From the NCBI GenBank assembly GCA_964569075.1, contig CAZMSV010000002.1, forward strand, positions 1 to 27,740: a DNA stretch of 27,740 bases. The letters run 5' to 3'. Every line of letters starts with the position of its first letter. Position 1 is the stretch's first letter. The notes under the pieces were generated by a model. It saw only the letters and a list, made by a program, of their open reading frames with translations. It made no database searches and was not told the origin of the DNA. Made by a program: the position numbers and the translations under genes. This document shows, one piece after another, positions 8,572 through 16,957 of the stretch. This stretch comes from an uncultured Candidatus Saccharibacteria bacterium. Lineage in GTDB: Bacteria; Patescibacteriota; Minisyncoccia; Phycocordibacterales; Zambryskibacteraceae.

Positions 8572-9045
8572 CTAATTAGTTTGGAAAAGGCCCGTACCAT
8601 ATATTGTAACTGTTTTTGTCCTAGTTGTACTGGCGACAAGAGCCATAGTCACAGTCCCACTTTGGACAGTCTCTCCTGTTAATCTCTGAAAAATAACATC
8701 TACTCCTCCACCGGCCAAATTAATGCTATTAATATTAACTCTCTTATTCAGCAAATTAACAACATTTGATGAGTTGCCAGGCACGAAAGTATTACCTTCA
8801 AAAAGGGTAACTTGGGAACTTTCAAGATGCACACCAAATTGATTCGCGTTTTTCGAAGCCAAAGTCAATAATCAGGCTTGCCCCAACACTGAGCTCAATA
8901 AAAGCGAACTTGTGTCCAATGCTTTCGCGCTATTCAAATCAGAAAATGTTTGAAAGGTCACACTAAGTAACAACGCAAAAATTCCAACCACCACGAGCAC
9001 TTCTGGGAGCGTAAAGCCGACTCTTTTTTGATCAAAATAGATCAT
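8572..9045 (-). pseudogene. Prepilin-type pilin (FimT/PulH-like) interrupted by an in-frame TGA at 8872-8874
   Basis: ATG at 9045 gives MIYFDQKRVG|FTLPEVLVVVGIFALLL...LGQA*LLTLASKNANQFGVH, in the same frame as the 8572-8868 ORF. Confidence 0.85.
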
Positions 9046-9051
9046 TACGTT

Positions 9052-10269
9052 TTAAATTGCATCTACCAGCGAATATGTCGGTGCTAGCATAGAAAGAGCA
9101 AAGAATCCTACTGCTACTCCCATCATTACCATGAGGAATGGTTCTATGATTGTGGACATATCCTTGGTCTTTTGATCAACCTCATCTTCATAAAAAATGG
9201 CCACACCCAAAAGCATATCTGACATCTTGCCAGTCTCTTCCCCAACGCTCATCATTTCTCCAACAAATACAGGATAAAGATTTTCATTTTCAATAAATAC
9301 TGAAGAGATCGGATCTCCTTTTTGAATAACCGCCTGCGCCTTTACAAGAACTTCTTTATAGTATGAGTTCTGCATCACGTCAGCGGTAACCTCAATTGCA
9401 ACCACAATATCAACCCCTGAAGAAATGAGTGATGCCAGGGTGCGCGCAGTACGAGCGGCATTTATTTCTTTTACAATGTTACCAATGATTGGGAACTTCA
9501 AAATAACCAAATCTAAGAACCTTTTTCCTTTTTTATTTCTCGCAAAAAGGACCAGAGAAACAACGAAAGCAACAATCGCCAGCAGTGTTACAAGATAATG
9601 ATTTCTCAAAAAATCACTAACGCCAATAATAAGTTGAGTACTTTTAGGTAACTCAATCCCAAGACCCACGAAGGTAGATGTGAGAGTCGGCACCATATAC
9701 ACAAGCATCAATATGGCAATAATAATCATTATCCCAAAAATAACAGCTGGGTACATAAGCGCCCCGCGAATTTTTTTTGTAAGTTGATATGTTTTCTCCA
9801 TCTGAACCGACACAACCTTAAGTGAGCCAGCTAGATTTCCACTCTCTTCGCCAGCTTTCACCATCGATATGAAAAGTGGAGAAAAAACATCTGTTTTTTT
9901 CTTCATTGCCTCTGAAAGACTCTGCCCCTTACTAATATCTTCATTTAATTCAGCGAGTATCTGTTTTAATTTTTTGTTTTTTGATTGCTTTTCCATTACA
10001 GAAAGAGCCCTAGTCACCGCAAGGCCAGCCTCTATCATTGCTGCCAGATTTCTAGCAAACATTATTTTTTCGTGAGTTTTAACTTTTGAAAAAAGGGTGC
10101 CAAGTTTTTTTATTGCAAAAACAGACCTACTTCTTATCTCAGTCACACTGGCAATCATGCCTCCTTCTGCTTTGACTTTACGATACACGACAAAACGATC
10201 CGTAGCCTCTATAACTCCTTCGTATAACTTACCTTCCTTGTTTAATGCTTTATATGAAAATTTTGACAT
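9052..10269 (-). CDS. pilC: Type IV pilus inner-membrane platform protein (PilC/GspF family)
   Basis: GEESGNL, ALMYP, VGEETGKM, IIEP motifs; duplicated T2SSF domain. Confidence 0.95.
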   Translation of the reverse strand: MSKFSYKALNKEGKLYEGVIEATDRFVVYRKVKAEGGMIASVTEIRSRSVFAIKKLGTLFSKVKTHEKIMFARNLAAMIEAGLAVTRALSVMEKQSKNKKLKQILAELNEDISKGQSLSEAMKKKTDVFSPLFISMVKAGEESGNLAGSLKVVSVQMEKTYQLTKKIRGALMYPAVIFGIMIIIAILMLVYMVPTLTSTFVGLGIELPKSTQLIIGVSDFLRNHYLVTLLAIVAFVVSLVLFARNKKGKRFLDLVILKFPIIGNIVKEINAARTARTLASLISSGVDIVVAIEVTADVMQNSYYKEVLVKAQAVIQKGDPISSVFIENENLYPVFVGEMMSVGEETGKMSDMLLGVAIFYEDEVDQKTKDMSTIIEPFLMVMMGVAVGFFALSMLAPTYSLVDAI

Positions 10270-10273
10270 ATGA

Positions 10274-12034
10274 TTATTCATCAGATGAAACGACTCTCAA
10301 TACCTCCTCGATGGTTGTAATGCCCTGTACTGCCTTGAATACTCCATCTTCAAGCATGGTGAGCATTCCTTCACTTTTTGCCTGCTCTTCTAATTCTTGG
10401 GTGGTCACACCCTTCATAATCAAATCCTTAATTGATGTCGTGACCTTGAGTACTTCATGAATACCAATACGACTTTTATATCCGTCCTCACTGTCAGCGC
10501 TTGGTTTGGCTTTGTACATTGGTATCTTATCCCAAGTAGCGCCCTTTTCTAATATTTTTTCTTCCTTAAGAGTACTCAGGACCCTGTCTAAATTAACAAT
10601 CTTTTCAAGCTGAGCAATTTCCTCTTTTGACAAAAAATATTTTTCTTTTGTATCTGCCAAACGGCGGATAAGTCTCTGGGCAATAATTACTGAAAGAGTG
10701 GAGGTTAAAAGAAATGGCTCAATCTTCATATCTACAAGCCGGGCAATCGTTCCTGCCGCAGAATTAGTATGCAAAGTAGAGAGAACCAAGTGACCAGTAA
10801 GTGAAGCATTAATGGCCAAAGAGGCGGTTTCTGTATCACGAATTTCTCCAACCATTATCACATCTGGGTCCTGCCTAACTAAAGTTCGAAGACCTGTGGC
10901 GAAAGTAAATCCAATTTCTGGCTTCACTTGAGTCTGATTAACTCTTTTCATTTGGTATTCAATCGGATCTTCAATGGTAGATATATTCACGTCCGGAGTA
11001 TTCAAAATATCAAGCATTGTATAAAGGGTTGTGGTCTTTCCAGATCCAGTGGGACCTGTGGTCAAAATCATTCCATCAGAAAGACGCGTCGCTTTGTGAA
11101 GTTTTTCTAATCCTTCTCCATGAAAACCAAGTCCTTCCAGAGTGAAGCCTGAAGCACCCTCTCTTAAAAGTCTCATAACCGTCTTTTCACCATAATATAC
11201 CGGCAAGGTTGAAACACGAAAAGAAACTTTTTCTTCGTTCATCTCAATCTTAAATCTTCCGTCCTGAGGAATACGCTTCTCATCAAGCTTCAAATTTGAG
11301 AGTACTTTAATACGTGCCGTAATGCCACCAGCAACATTTTTTGGTAAAACCATTGCATCATGGAGAATACCGTCAATGCGATATCTCACAACCACTTGAG
11401 TTTCCATTGGTTCTATATGAATATCAGATGCATCCTGAATGATTGCATGCTTCAAAAGCGTGTCAACAATACGAACCACTGGCACATCTTCAGCGAGTTT
11501 TTTTAGATCATCTTCACTAACCTCATCATCTCCGGCCTTATCAACGACCGCCTTAAGTGCCGACGCTTCCTTCTGAATAATATCTCCAAACTCAGCCTTG
11601 AGACTCTTTTGGTAATTCAAAAGGGCGTGCTTCATTGATTCCCCGTCTGTTAAACGAGGAAGAATTTTGAACCCAGTCTTTTTCCTTACAAAATCAATAG
11701 CTGTAAGATCTTCAGTATCAAGCATTGCAACCTCAAGATTGTCATTGGTTTTTCGAAAAGCTACAATGTTGTGATTGCGAGCAATAGGTTCAGGGATTAG
11801 TGACAAAATTTCAAAATCTGTACGCTGCCCCTTAAGGTCGACAAAAGGAATGCCTAGAATATAGGCCTGCATACGACGAAGGTCGTCTTCAGTAATACTT
11901 CCCTTGCTTACCAAGATTCTCCCGACGCTTATTCCTGATTCTTTAGATTCTTTTTCAGCCTTTACAATGTCAGCCTTAGAGACTAGACCAGAATCAAGTA
12001 TAAATTCTTTTAGTTGTGATTCTTCTATGTGCAT
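10274..12034 (-). CDS. pilB: Type IV pilus assembly ATPase (PilB/GspE family)
   Basis: ASDIHIEP, RYRIDG, PQDGRF, Walker A GPTGSGKTTT, RQDPDVIMVGEIRD, LTGHLVLSTLHTN; the CxxC zinc motifs are not present. Confidence 0.96.
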   Translation of the reverse strand: MHIEESQLKEFILDSGLVSKADIVKAEKESKESGISVGRILVSKGSITEDDLRRMQAYILGIPFVDLKGQRTDFEILSLIPEPIARNHNIVAFRKTNDNLEVAMLDTEDLTAIDFVRKKTGFKILPRLTDGESMKHALLNYQKSLKAEFGDIIQKEASALKAVVDKAGDDEVSEDDLKKLAEDVPVVRIVDTLLKHAIIQDASDIHIEPMETQVVVRYRIDGILHDAMVLPKNVAGGITARIKVLSNLKLDEKRIPQDGRFKIEMNEEKVSFRVSTLPVYYGEKTVMRLLREGASGFTLEGLGFHGEGLEKLHKATRLSDGMILTTGPTGSGKTTTLYTMLDILNTPDVNISTIEDPIEYQMKRVNQTQVKPEIGFTFATGLRTLVRQDPDVIMVGEIRDTETASLAINASLTGHLVLSTLHTNSAAGTIARLVDMKIEPFLLTSTLSVIIAQRLIRRLADTKEKYFLSKEEIAQLEKIVNLDRVLSTLKEEKILEKGATWDKIPMYKAKPSADSEDGYKSRIGIHEVLKVTTSIKDLIMKGVTTQELEEQAKSEGMLTMLEDGVFKAVQGITTIEEVLRVVSSDE

Positions 12035-12247
12035 TTTTGTCTACTAACAACATACAACCCACGAGTGTGTTACCAATATAATTGTACCAGATGTAACAGA
12101 AATGTTGTGCACAAACACGCTCAACTGTAACCTAAGTAACCTTTTCTATCTAAATATTCATAAAGTATTCACAAGTCATCTTTTACATAAATGAACCACT
12201 GCAGACTTGGGCCTGGGGTATTATGGTGGAAAATAAGCTCTCTAGAT

Positions 12248-12287
12248 CACCCACAAGTTTTCTACGGTCGTAGAAAACTTGTGGGTG
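12248..12287. repeat. 40-bp palindrome, ACG-GT-CGT core, 10 nt after the PaaX-like stop
   Basis: cacccacaagttttctacg-gt-cgtagaaaacttgtgggtg, perfect arms. Confidence 0.95.
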
Positions 12288-12297
12288 CGTAAAATCT

Positions 12298-12858
12298 CTA
12301 CAAACTGAGACCAAACTCCTTCTTTAATTGCTTTTCGTTTTCTATAGAATCAACAATCAAGTACAAGAGATTTTTCCCAAGTTTCATTTCTGCCTTAAGA
12401 AGAGAGACGAAATCCTCACAGTTATAAGGATATACCCAGACGCTATCTTGAAGCCTAATGAAGCCGACCGCCATTAGCTTGTTTCGTGTTTGGTCTCTGG
12501 TTTTTCTTCTTTTTTCTGATATATCAAATATTAAGACTCTCCACTTTTTATCCCATTTTTTCTTTTTCAAAGATACCGCGCCGTATACAGCCAATTGAAT
12601 CTGACCTTTATTGGTAATGCAAAGAAAGCCACGTTTGTCTGTGGCCAAAAGCCCTTTTTCAAGCAATCTTTTTCTGGCTCGATAAATACGCTCTGACTTT
12701 CTGTTACCCACAATTCCTAAGTTAGCAAAAACTTTCAAAGCATTGGGGGACAGGACAGCAACACCTAAGAGGGCGCCGGTATAAATGGCAGAGAGTATCG
12801 CATATTGCACTTTGCCCTTTTTAATTCGCTTACTTACATTTTTCTCCATTTCTCCCAT
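12298..12858 (-). CDS. PaaX-like regulator: hydrophobic helix, winged HTH and a Cas2-like C-terminal domain
   Basis: WDKKWRVLIFDISEKRRKTRDQTRNKL...GFIRLQDSVWVYPY resembles the PaaX/Cas2 fold; no cas1 or array nearby; start placed at MGEMEK. Confidence 0.85.
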   Translation of the reverse strand: MGEMEKNVSKRIKKGKVQYAILSAIYTGALLGVAVLSPNALKVFANLGIVGNRKSERIYRARKRLLEKGLLATDKRGFLCITNKGQIQLAVYGAVSLKKKKWDKKWRVLIFDISEKRRKTRDQTRNKLMAVGFIRLQDSVWVYPYNCEDFVSLLKAEMKLGKNLLYLIVDSIENEKQLKKEFGLSL

Positions 12859-12900
12859 ACACACATTATATACGACCGTGAGAAATGTGTGTATGGGAGA
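12851..12900 (-). promoter_or_regulatory. Palindrome (ACG-AC-CGT core) containing the -10 box and start codon of the PaaX-like gene
   Basis: Minus strand cggtcgtaTATAATgtgtgtATG; arms homologous to 278-325 and 1414-1459. Confidence 0.75.
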
Positions 12901-12904
12901 ACAC

Positions 12905-13057
12905 AAAGATAAGGATGAGAAAAAGGGATATGAAGATAGAAGTGAGAAAAAGGGGTGAGGAAAAAGGTTGGGGTTGGAAGAGGGGGAAAGATGGAAAAAG
13001 ATAAGGAGTTAGGAAAAGAAGTAGGAAAAGAAGAGGGATTGGGAAGGATGTTAGAGA
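12905..13057 (+). other. 153-nt cytosine-free, purine-rich tract
   Basis: No C on the plus strand between 12904 and 13058; degenerate gagaaaaagg / aggaaaagaag units. Confidence 0.9.
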
Positions 13058-13098
13058 CGAATGAAAGCCTTCTATTCGCACTTGCGTTCGTGGTTCCC

Positions 13099-13142
13099 CA
13101 CAAACAAAAAGACCGAGGCATATCTCGGTCTTTTTGTTTGTG
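13099..13142. terminator. Bidirectional-type intrinsic terminator after the surface protein gene
   Basis: cacaaacaaaaagaccgag-gcatat-ctcggtctttttgtttgtg. Confidence 0.85.
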
Positions 13143-13156
13143 TTCCCTATATCTCT

Positions 13157-16069
13157 CTAGAACTCCTCAAAGATCGGATTGAGAGCAATAACAATTGTAC
13201 CTTGGGCAGACACCACTCCTTCGTTACATGTGACTGTTAGATTAGTAGTCTTTACACCAGTAGTTTGATAACTAATAGAAAACGTGCTTCCGGTTGGAGC
13301 CGGGATAGATGGAATCTCTGTTCCTGACCAAGAGTAGGAACATCCTGTTCCACCACTTAAGACCGGTGTCCAAGTAACCTGCTGGCCTACACCTGCCTTT
13401 GATGGACTAACGGTAAGACTTACGGTCGGAAAAACTGGATCAGAGATAATCAAGTTAAAGTTTGTTGTTTTGTCTACTAATCCAGCAGAGGTACCTGTAA
13501 CTGTAATCGGATATGTCCCCGCCACTGCTGTTGGCTGAACCGTAAAGGTTAGAGTTGTATTGCATGTTGGAGAGCATGTTTTATTGGCATAAACCACTGA
13601 AACATTTGCTGGCATACCCGTAGCCGTAACATCTACTGACTGAGTCGTACCTTGAGTAAGAGTCTTAGTAATTGTGTTTATTAGATTTACAGGAGATGCG
13701 CTTTTTGTAACTGAAGAATTGCCTGAATTAGACAAATTATAGTTGAATGACAATCCTGTCATAGTCACCGTAGCACTAGCAGGGGTCGTACCTCCAAGAC
13801 CCGTACAAGTAAGTGTGAATTGAGTGGTTGCAGTTATGTTTGTAATAGTTTGATTAGCTGAGGTCGGATTACCAACTGACTTGGCTCCCACCCATTGACC
13901 ATTTGCTGGACTAGCTGATGCAGTACAGCCTGTAGCGTTTGTTGATGACCAAGTGAGAGTAGATGAACCGCCACTAGCAACTGATGTTGGACTGGCTGAA
14001 ATATTAACTATTGGAGCAGAAATTGCTGTGTATGTAAGAGTGAAGCTTGCCGTATCACCTGGAACCAAGGTCATACTAGAGCCCGAACCAGTTTTACTGT
14101 TAGTAACAGAAGTAAGGGTATAGCCTCCAGGGGTTGCTGGAGTAATGGTATAAGGCGACCCGCCAGAAGCAGGACTTACACTATGACTTCCCGAAGTCCC
14201 AGAGCCATTTATACCTCCAGTTATAGTCCAGGTGGTAGAAACATTAGAGCTTACATTTATTGTTGCACCAGATGTAACATTGAAAGTAACATTATCAGTC
14301 CCCGCAGTAGTGCTTGGGCCGGTATCACAACTTATACCAAAATTTCTGGTACCAGCCGAACCATACGGACCAAATCCTGATATTGAACCTGAGGAACCAT
14401 AAGTGCCTGTCCACTCTCCGCCCGTAGCAAGACAGCGGGTAGCATTAGTACTTGTCCAAGAAATGTCTGCCGAACTTCCAATGGGCATACTTACCGGACC
14501 ATTAGAATATGAAACGGTACCAGATTGACGACCTTGTATATCTGCAGTTGGAGATGGCGCTGTAACATTCACCACGAAGCTATCAACGGCAGGTCCACCC
14601 GTTCCAGCACAGGAGATTGTGAAGGTGGTATTTGAAGATATTGGACCTAGTGAAAGTTGATTGTATGTTCCATTGCTGAAGGTTTTGGCACCACTCCAGC
14701 CATTTGAAGCTGTACAAGATGTTGCATTTGCTGGAGTCCACTGTAGATCAATGTTACTTCCAGAAGCCACAGATAGTGGGCCGTCACCGTATGAACCAGT
14801 GCTAGCCTGTCTACCCTTGAGGTCGACGGTTACTGGGGGCGCTGTAACATTCACCACGAAGCTATCAACGGCAGGTCCACCCGTTCCAGCACAGGAGATT
14901 GTGAAGGTGGTATTTGAAGATATTGGACCTAGTGAAAGTTGATTGTATGTTCCATTGCTGAAGGTTTTGGCACCACTCCAGCCATTTGAAGCTGTACAAG
15001 ATGTTGCATTTGCTGGAGTCCACTGTAGATCAATGTTACTTCCAGAAGCCACAGATAGTGGGCCGTCACCGTATGAACCAGTGCTAGCCTGTCTACCCTT
15101 GAGGTCGACGGTTACTGAGGGACATACATTAGGTGCCGTTCCGGGGTAAGATACAGACAAAGCTGATGTGCCATCAGAATTTGTGGCTGTGCCGGTATAG
15201 TTGTATGTCTGATTAGCAGTTAATCCTGTGTCTGAATAGGAAGTGCCGGAACCACTGTATATTGGTGAACCGTTTCTAAAAATCTGATAGGAAGTTGCCG
15301 TAGATGAGGACCAAGTGAGATTTATAGTTCCAGTACCACAAGCACCTGGAGTGGTGGTAATTACTGGAGGATTCGGTTGGGCTAGGGGTGGAGGTGGGGG
15401 TGGGGGATTAGCTTGATAATTAATTGTAAAAGAATAGCTTGTTGTATCATATTGAGTAGTGAAGCAGGAACTATTCTGACCAGTGACTGAATTATCTATC
15501 CTTAATAGGGTGTAACTATTCGGAACACTTGTTGATGTCAGGCAATACTGTACCCCAGAAGAAGTGGGGATTTGATTTGAATTTGCGGTAAGCCCACCTG
15601 TTATAGACCAAGTACCACCTGTTACAGGAGTTTCATTCACAGTAATGGTGGAACAAGTATAGATATCGGGTGATGATTGATTAAAAAAAATAAATTCGGT
15701 AGCCAACGGCGCTGGGCCGTTACCATTATAATCAATTCTATAAGTATAATTACCACTAAATAACTTCGAATCTGTAAAAATAGTATCTTTACCCTGATAA
15801 GTTCCTAAAGATACCCTTGGTCCTAAGTCATGAGATCGCCAAACTTCAAACCAAGCATTGCTACCATCTGCATTTATTGGGTGGGATACAGGAAAAATAA
15901 CTTTGATATTCGCATCATTCAAAAATAAGTTCCAACTATTACAGTTAATTCGGCCAAATAAGATCTCACCGTTTGGATTACCCTCTTGACCTTGGACAAA
16001 GTTTGGCAATACAAACATCACAAACAATAGGAGACTCGTTATTAATCCGGATTTGGTTTTATTTTTCAT
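13157..16069 (-). CDS. Large secreted Ser/Thr/Gly-rich surface protein with FN3/Ig/PKD-like repeats
   Basis: Signal peptide, poly-Pro linker, FN3-like INLTWSSS..SYQIFRNG..YSDTGL, repeated LxWtstnatsCtAsxxW modules. Confidence 0.85.
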   Translation of the reverse strand: MKNKTKSGLITSLLLFVMFVLPNFVQGQEGNPNGEILFGRINCNSWNLFLNDANIKVIFPVSHPINADGSNAWFEVWRSHDLGPRVSLGTYQGKDTIFTDSKLFSGNYTYRIDYNGNGPAPLATEFIFFNQSSPDIYTCSTITVNETPVTGGTWSITGGLTANSNQIPTSSGVQYCLTSTSVPNSYTLLRIDNSVTGQNSSCFTTQYDTTSYSFTINYQANPPPPPPPLAQPNPPVITTTPGACGTGTINLTWSSSTATSYQIFRNGSPIYSGSGTSYSDTGLTANQTYNYTGTATNSDGTSALSVSYPGTAPNVCPSVTVDLKGRQASTGSYGDGPLSVASGSNIDLQWTPANATSCTASNGWSGAKTFSNGTYNQLSLGPISSNTTFTISCAGTGGPAVDSFVVNVTAPPVTVDLKGRQASTGSYGDGPLSVASGSNIDLQWTPANATSCTASNGWSGAKTFSNGTYNQLSLGPISSNTTFTISCAGTGGPAVDSFVVNVTAPSPTADIQGRQSGTVSYSNGPVSMPIGSSADISWTSTNATRCLATGGEWTGTYGSSGSISGFGPYGSAGTRNFGISCDTGPSTTAGTDNVTFNVTSGATINVSSNVSTTWTITGGINGSGTSGSHSVSPASGGSPYTITPATPGGYTLTSVTNSKTGSGSSMTLVPGDTASFTLTYTAISAPIVNISASPTSVASGGSSTLTWSSTNATGCTASASPANGQWVGAKSVGNPTSANQTITNITATTQFTLTCTGLGGTTPASATVTMTGLSFNYNLSNSGNSSVTKSASPVNLINTITKTLTQGTTQSVDVTATGMPANVSVVYANKTCSPTCNTTLTFTVQPTAVAGTYPITVTGTSAGLVDKTTNFNLIISDPVFPTVSLTVSPSKAGVGQQVTWTPVLSGGTGCSYSWSGTEIPSIPAPTGSTFSISYQTTGVKTTNLTVTCNEGVVSAQGTIVIALNPIFEEF
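14556..15117. repeat. Exact tandem duplication, period 282 bp (94 aa)
   Basis: 14556-14835 is identical to 14838-15117 by direct comparison. Confidence 0.95.
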
Positions 16070-16152
16070 ATAATAACTTTAATTAGTATTCGCCCGCTAA
16101 AACCCTTATTAGCTGAAATGGACATTTATACTTTAGAAAAACTTCTAGAAAA

Positions 16153-16677
16153 TTAATCCCTGTCCAAAAAACTAATCTGCACAAACACTCGACCCTCTCT
16201 TGTGCTTACTTTTACGATGAGATTATCATTGTCCTTGGTACCAATGAGTTCTTTTTGCTCTTCATTTTTGCCATTATCTCCAAATTCATAACCAGCATCT
16301 GTCATAAAGCTCAAATATTGAGCATAAAGCTCTTCCATGGGGCGACTGGAAGCATACATTACTGTATATTGCGTAGCGCCAATATCCTTATACTCTGCAG
16401 AATAGCTTTCTATCATCTCAGCTGTATCAACTGGGATATCGCTTGGAAACCCCTGTGGAAGTCTATCTTCTGGGGTAAGGGCATTCGCTATATCGGTCTG
16501 GCTAGTCACCACATTGGAGTTTACTTCTACTGGACTAGTGATAGTAGTGGGACTTCTCATTAAAAAATACATAATTAAAATAAGAGCAATAAAGACAGCC
16601 ACGAGCAATATGATGCTTTTGCCCTTTGTAGGTTTGTCGCTGCTGATAATTGGATTTTGTATATTTTCTGGAGGCAT
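16153..16677 (-). CDS. Hypothetical membrane-anchored protein
   Basis: Single N-terminal TM helix; LPQGFPSDIPV motif of small extracellular domains. Confidence 0.8.
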   Translation of the reverse strand: MPPENIQNPIISSDKPTKGKSIILLVAVFIALILIMYFLMRSPTTITSPVEVNSNVVTSQTDIANALTPEDRLPQGFPSDIPVDTAEMIESYSAEYKDIGATQYTVMYASSRPMEELYAQYLSFMTDAGYEFGDNGKNEEQKELIGTKDNDNLIVKVSTREGRVFVQISFLDRD

Positions 16678-16957
16678 AAAATTTTAAATTTCATTAAATA
16701 ATAATCAATAAATAAGAAGTTAAATAAAACACACACCAAGGAAAGGGTTGCCCTCTCTATGCCAAAATTATAACACCGTTTAAAGAAACGAGGGACATAT
16801 TGTACACAGTATTACATTTTATTGTCTTTGTGGGATATACACAAACATCAAATACAGAGACTTGCCATTTTACAAACAAAGTACATAATTAAAATAGAAT
16901 CCCTGTCAAGGGTTTGAACCTTAACAACACAATCTTTCAATTCTTCAAGGAGGAAAA

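Noticed and set aside
8872-8874. UGA-to-Gly recoding (genetic code 25)
   Set aside because: TGA is a real stop at 8055-8057 in a TGATG stop-start overlap, and the long genes translate fully in code 11.
12298-12858. CRISPR-Cas locus, suggested by the Cas2-like domain
   Set aside because: No repeat-spacer array, cas1 or effector gene. The nearby repeats are palindromes with variable arms, not direct repeats.
12955-13182. 75-aa K/E/G-rich ORF and its antisense ORFs
   Set aside because: A by-product of the C-free tract. It crosses a terminator and overlaps the surface protein stop.
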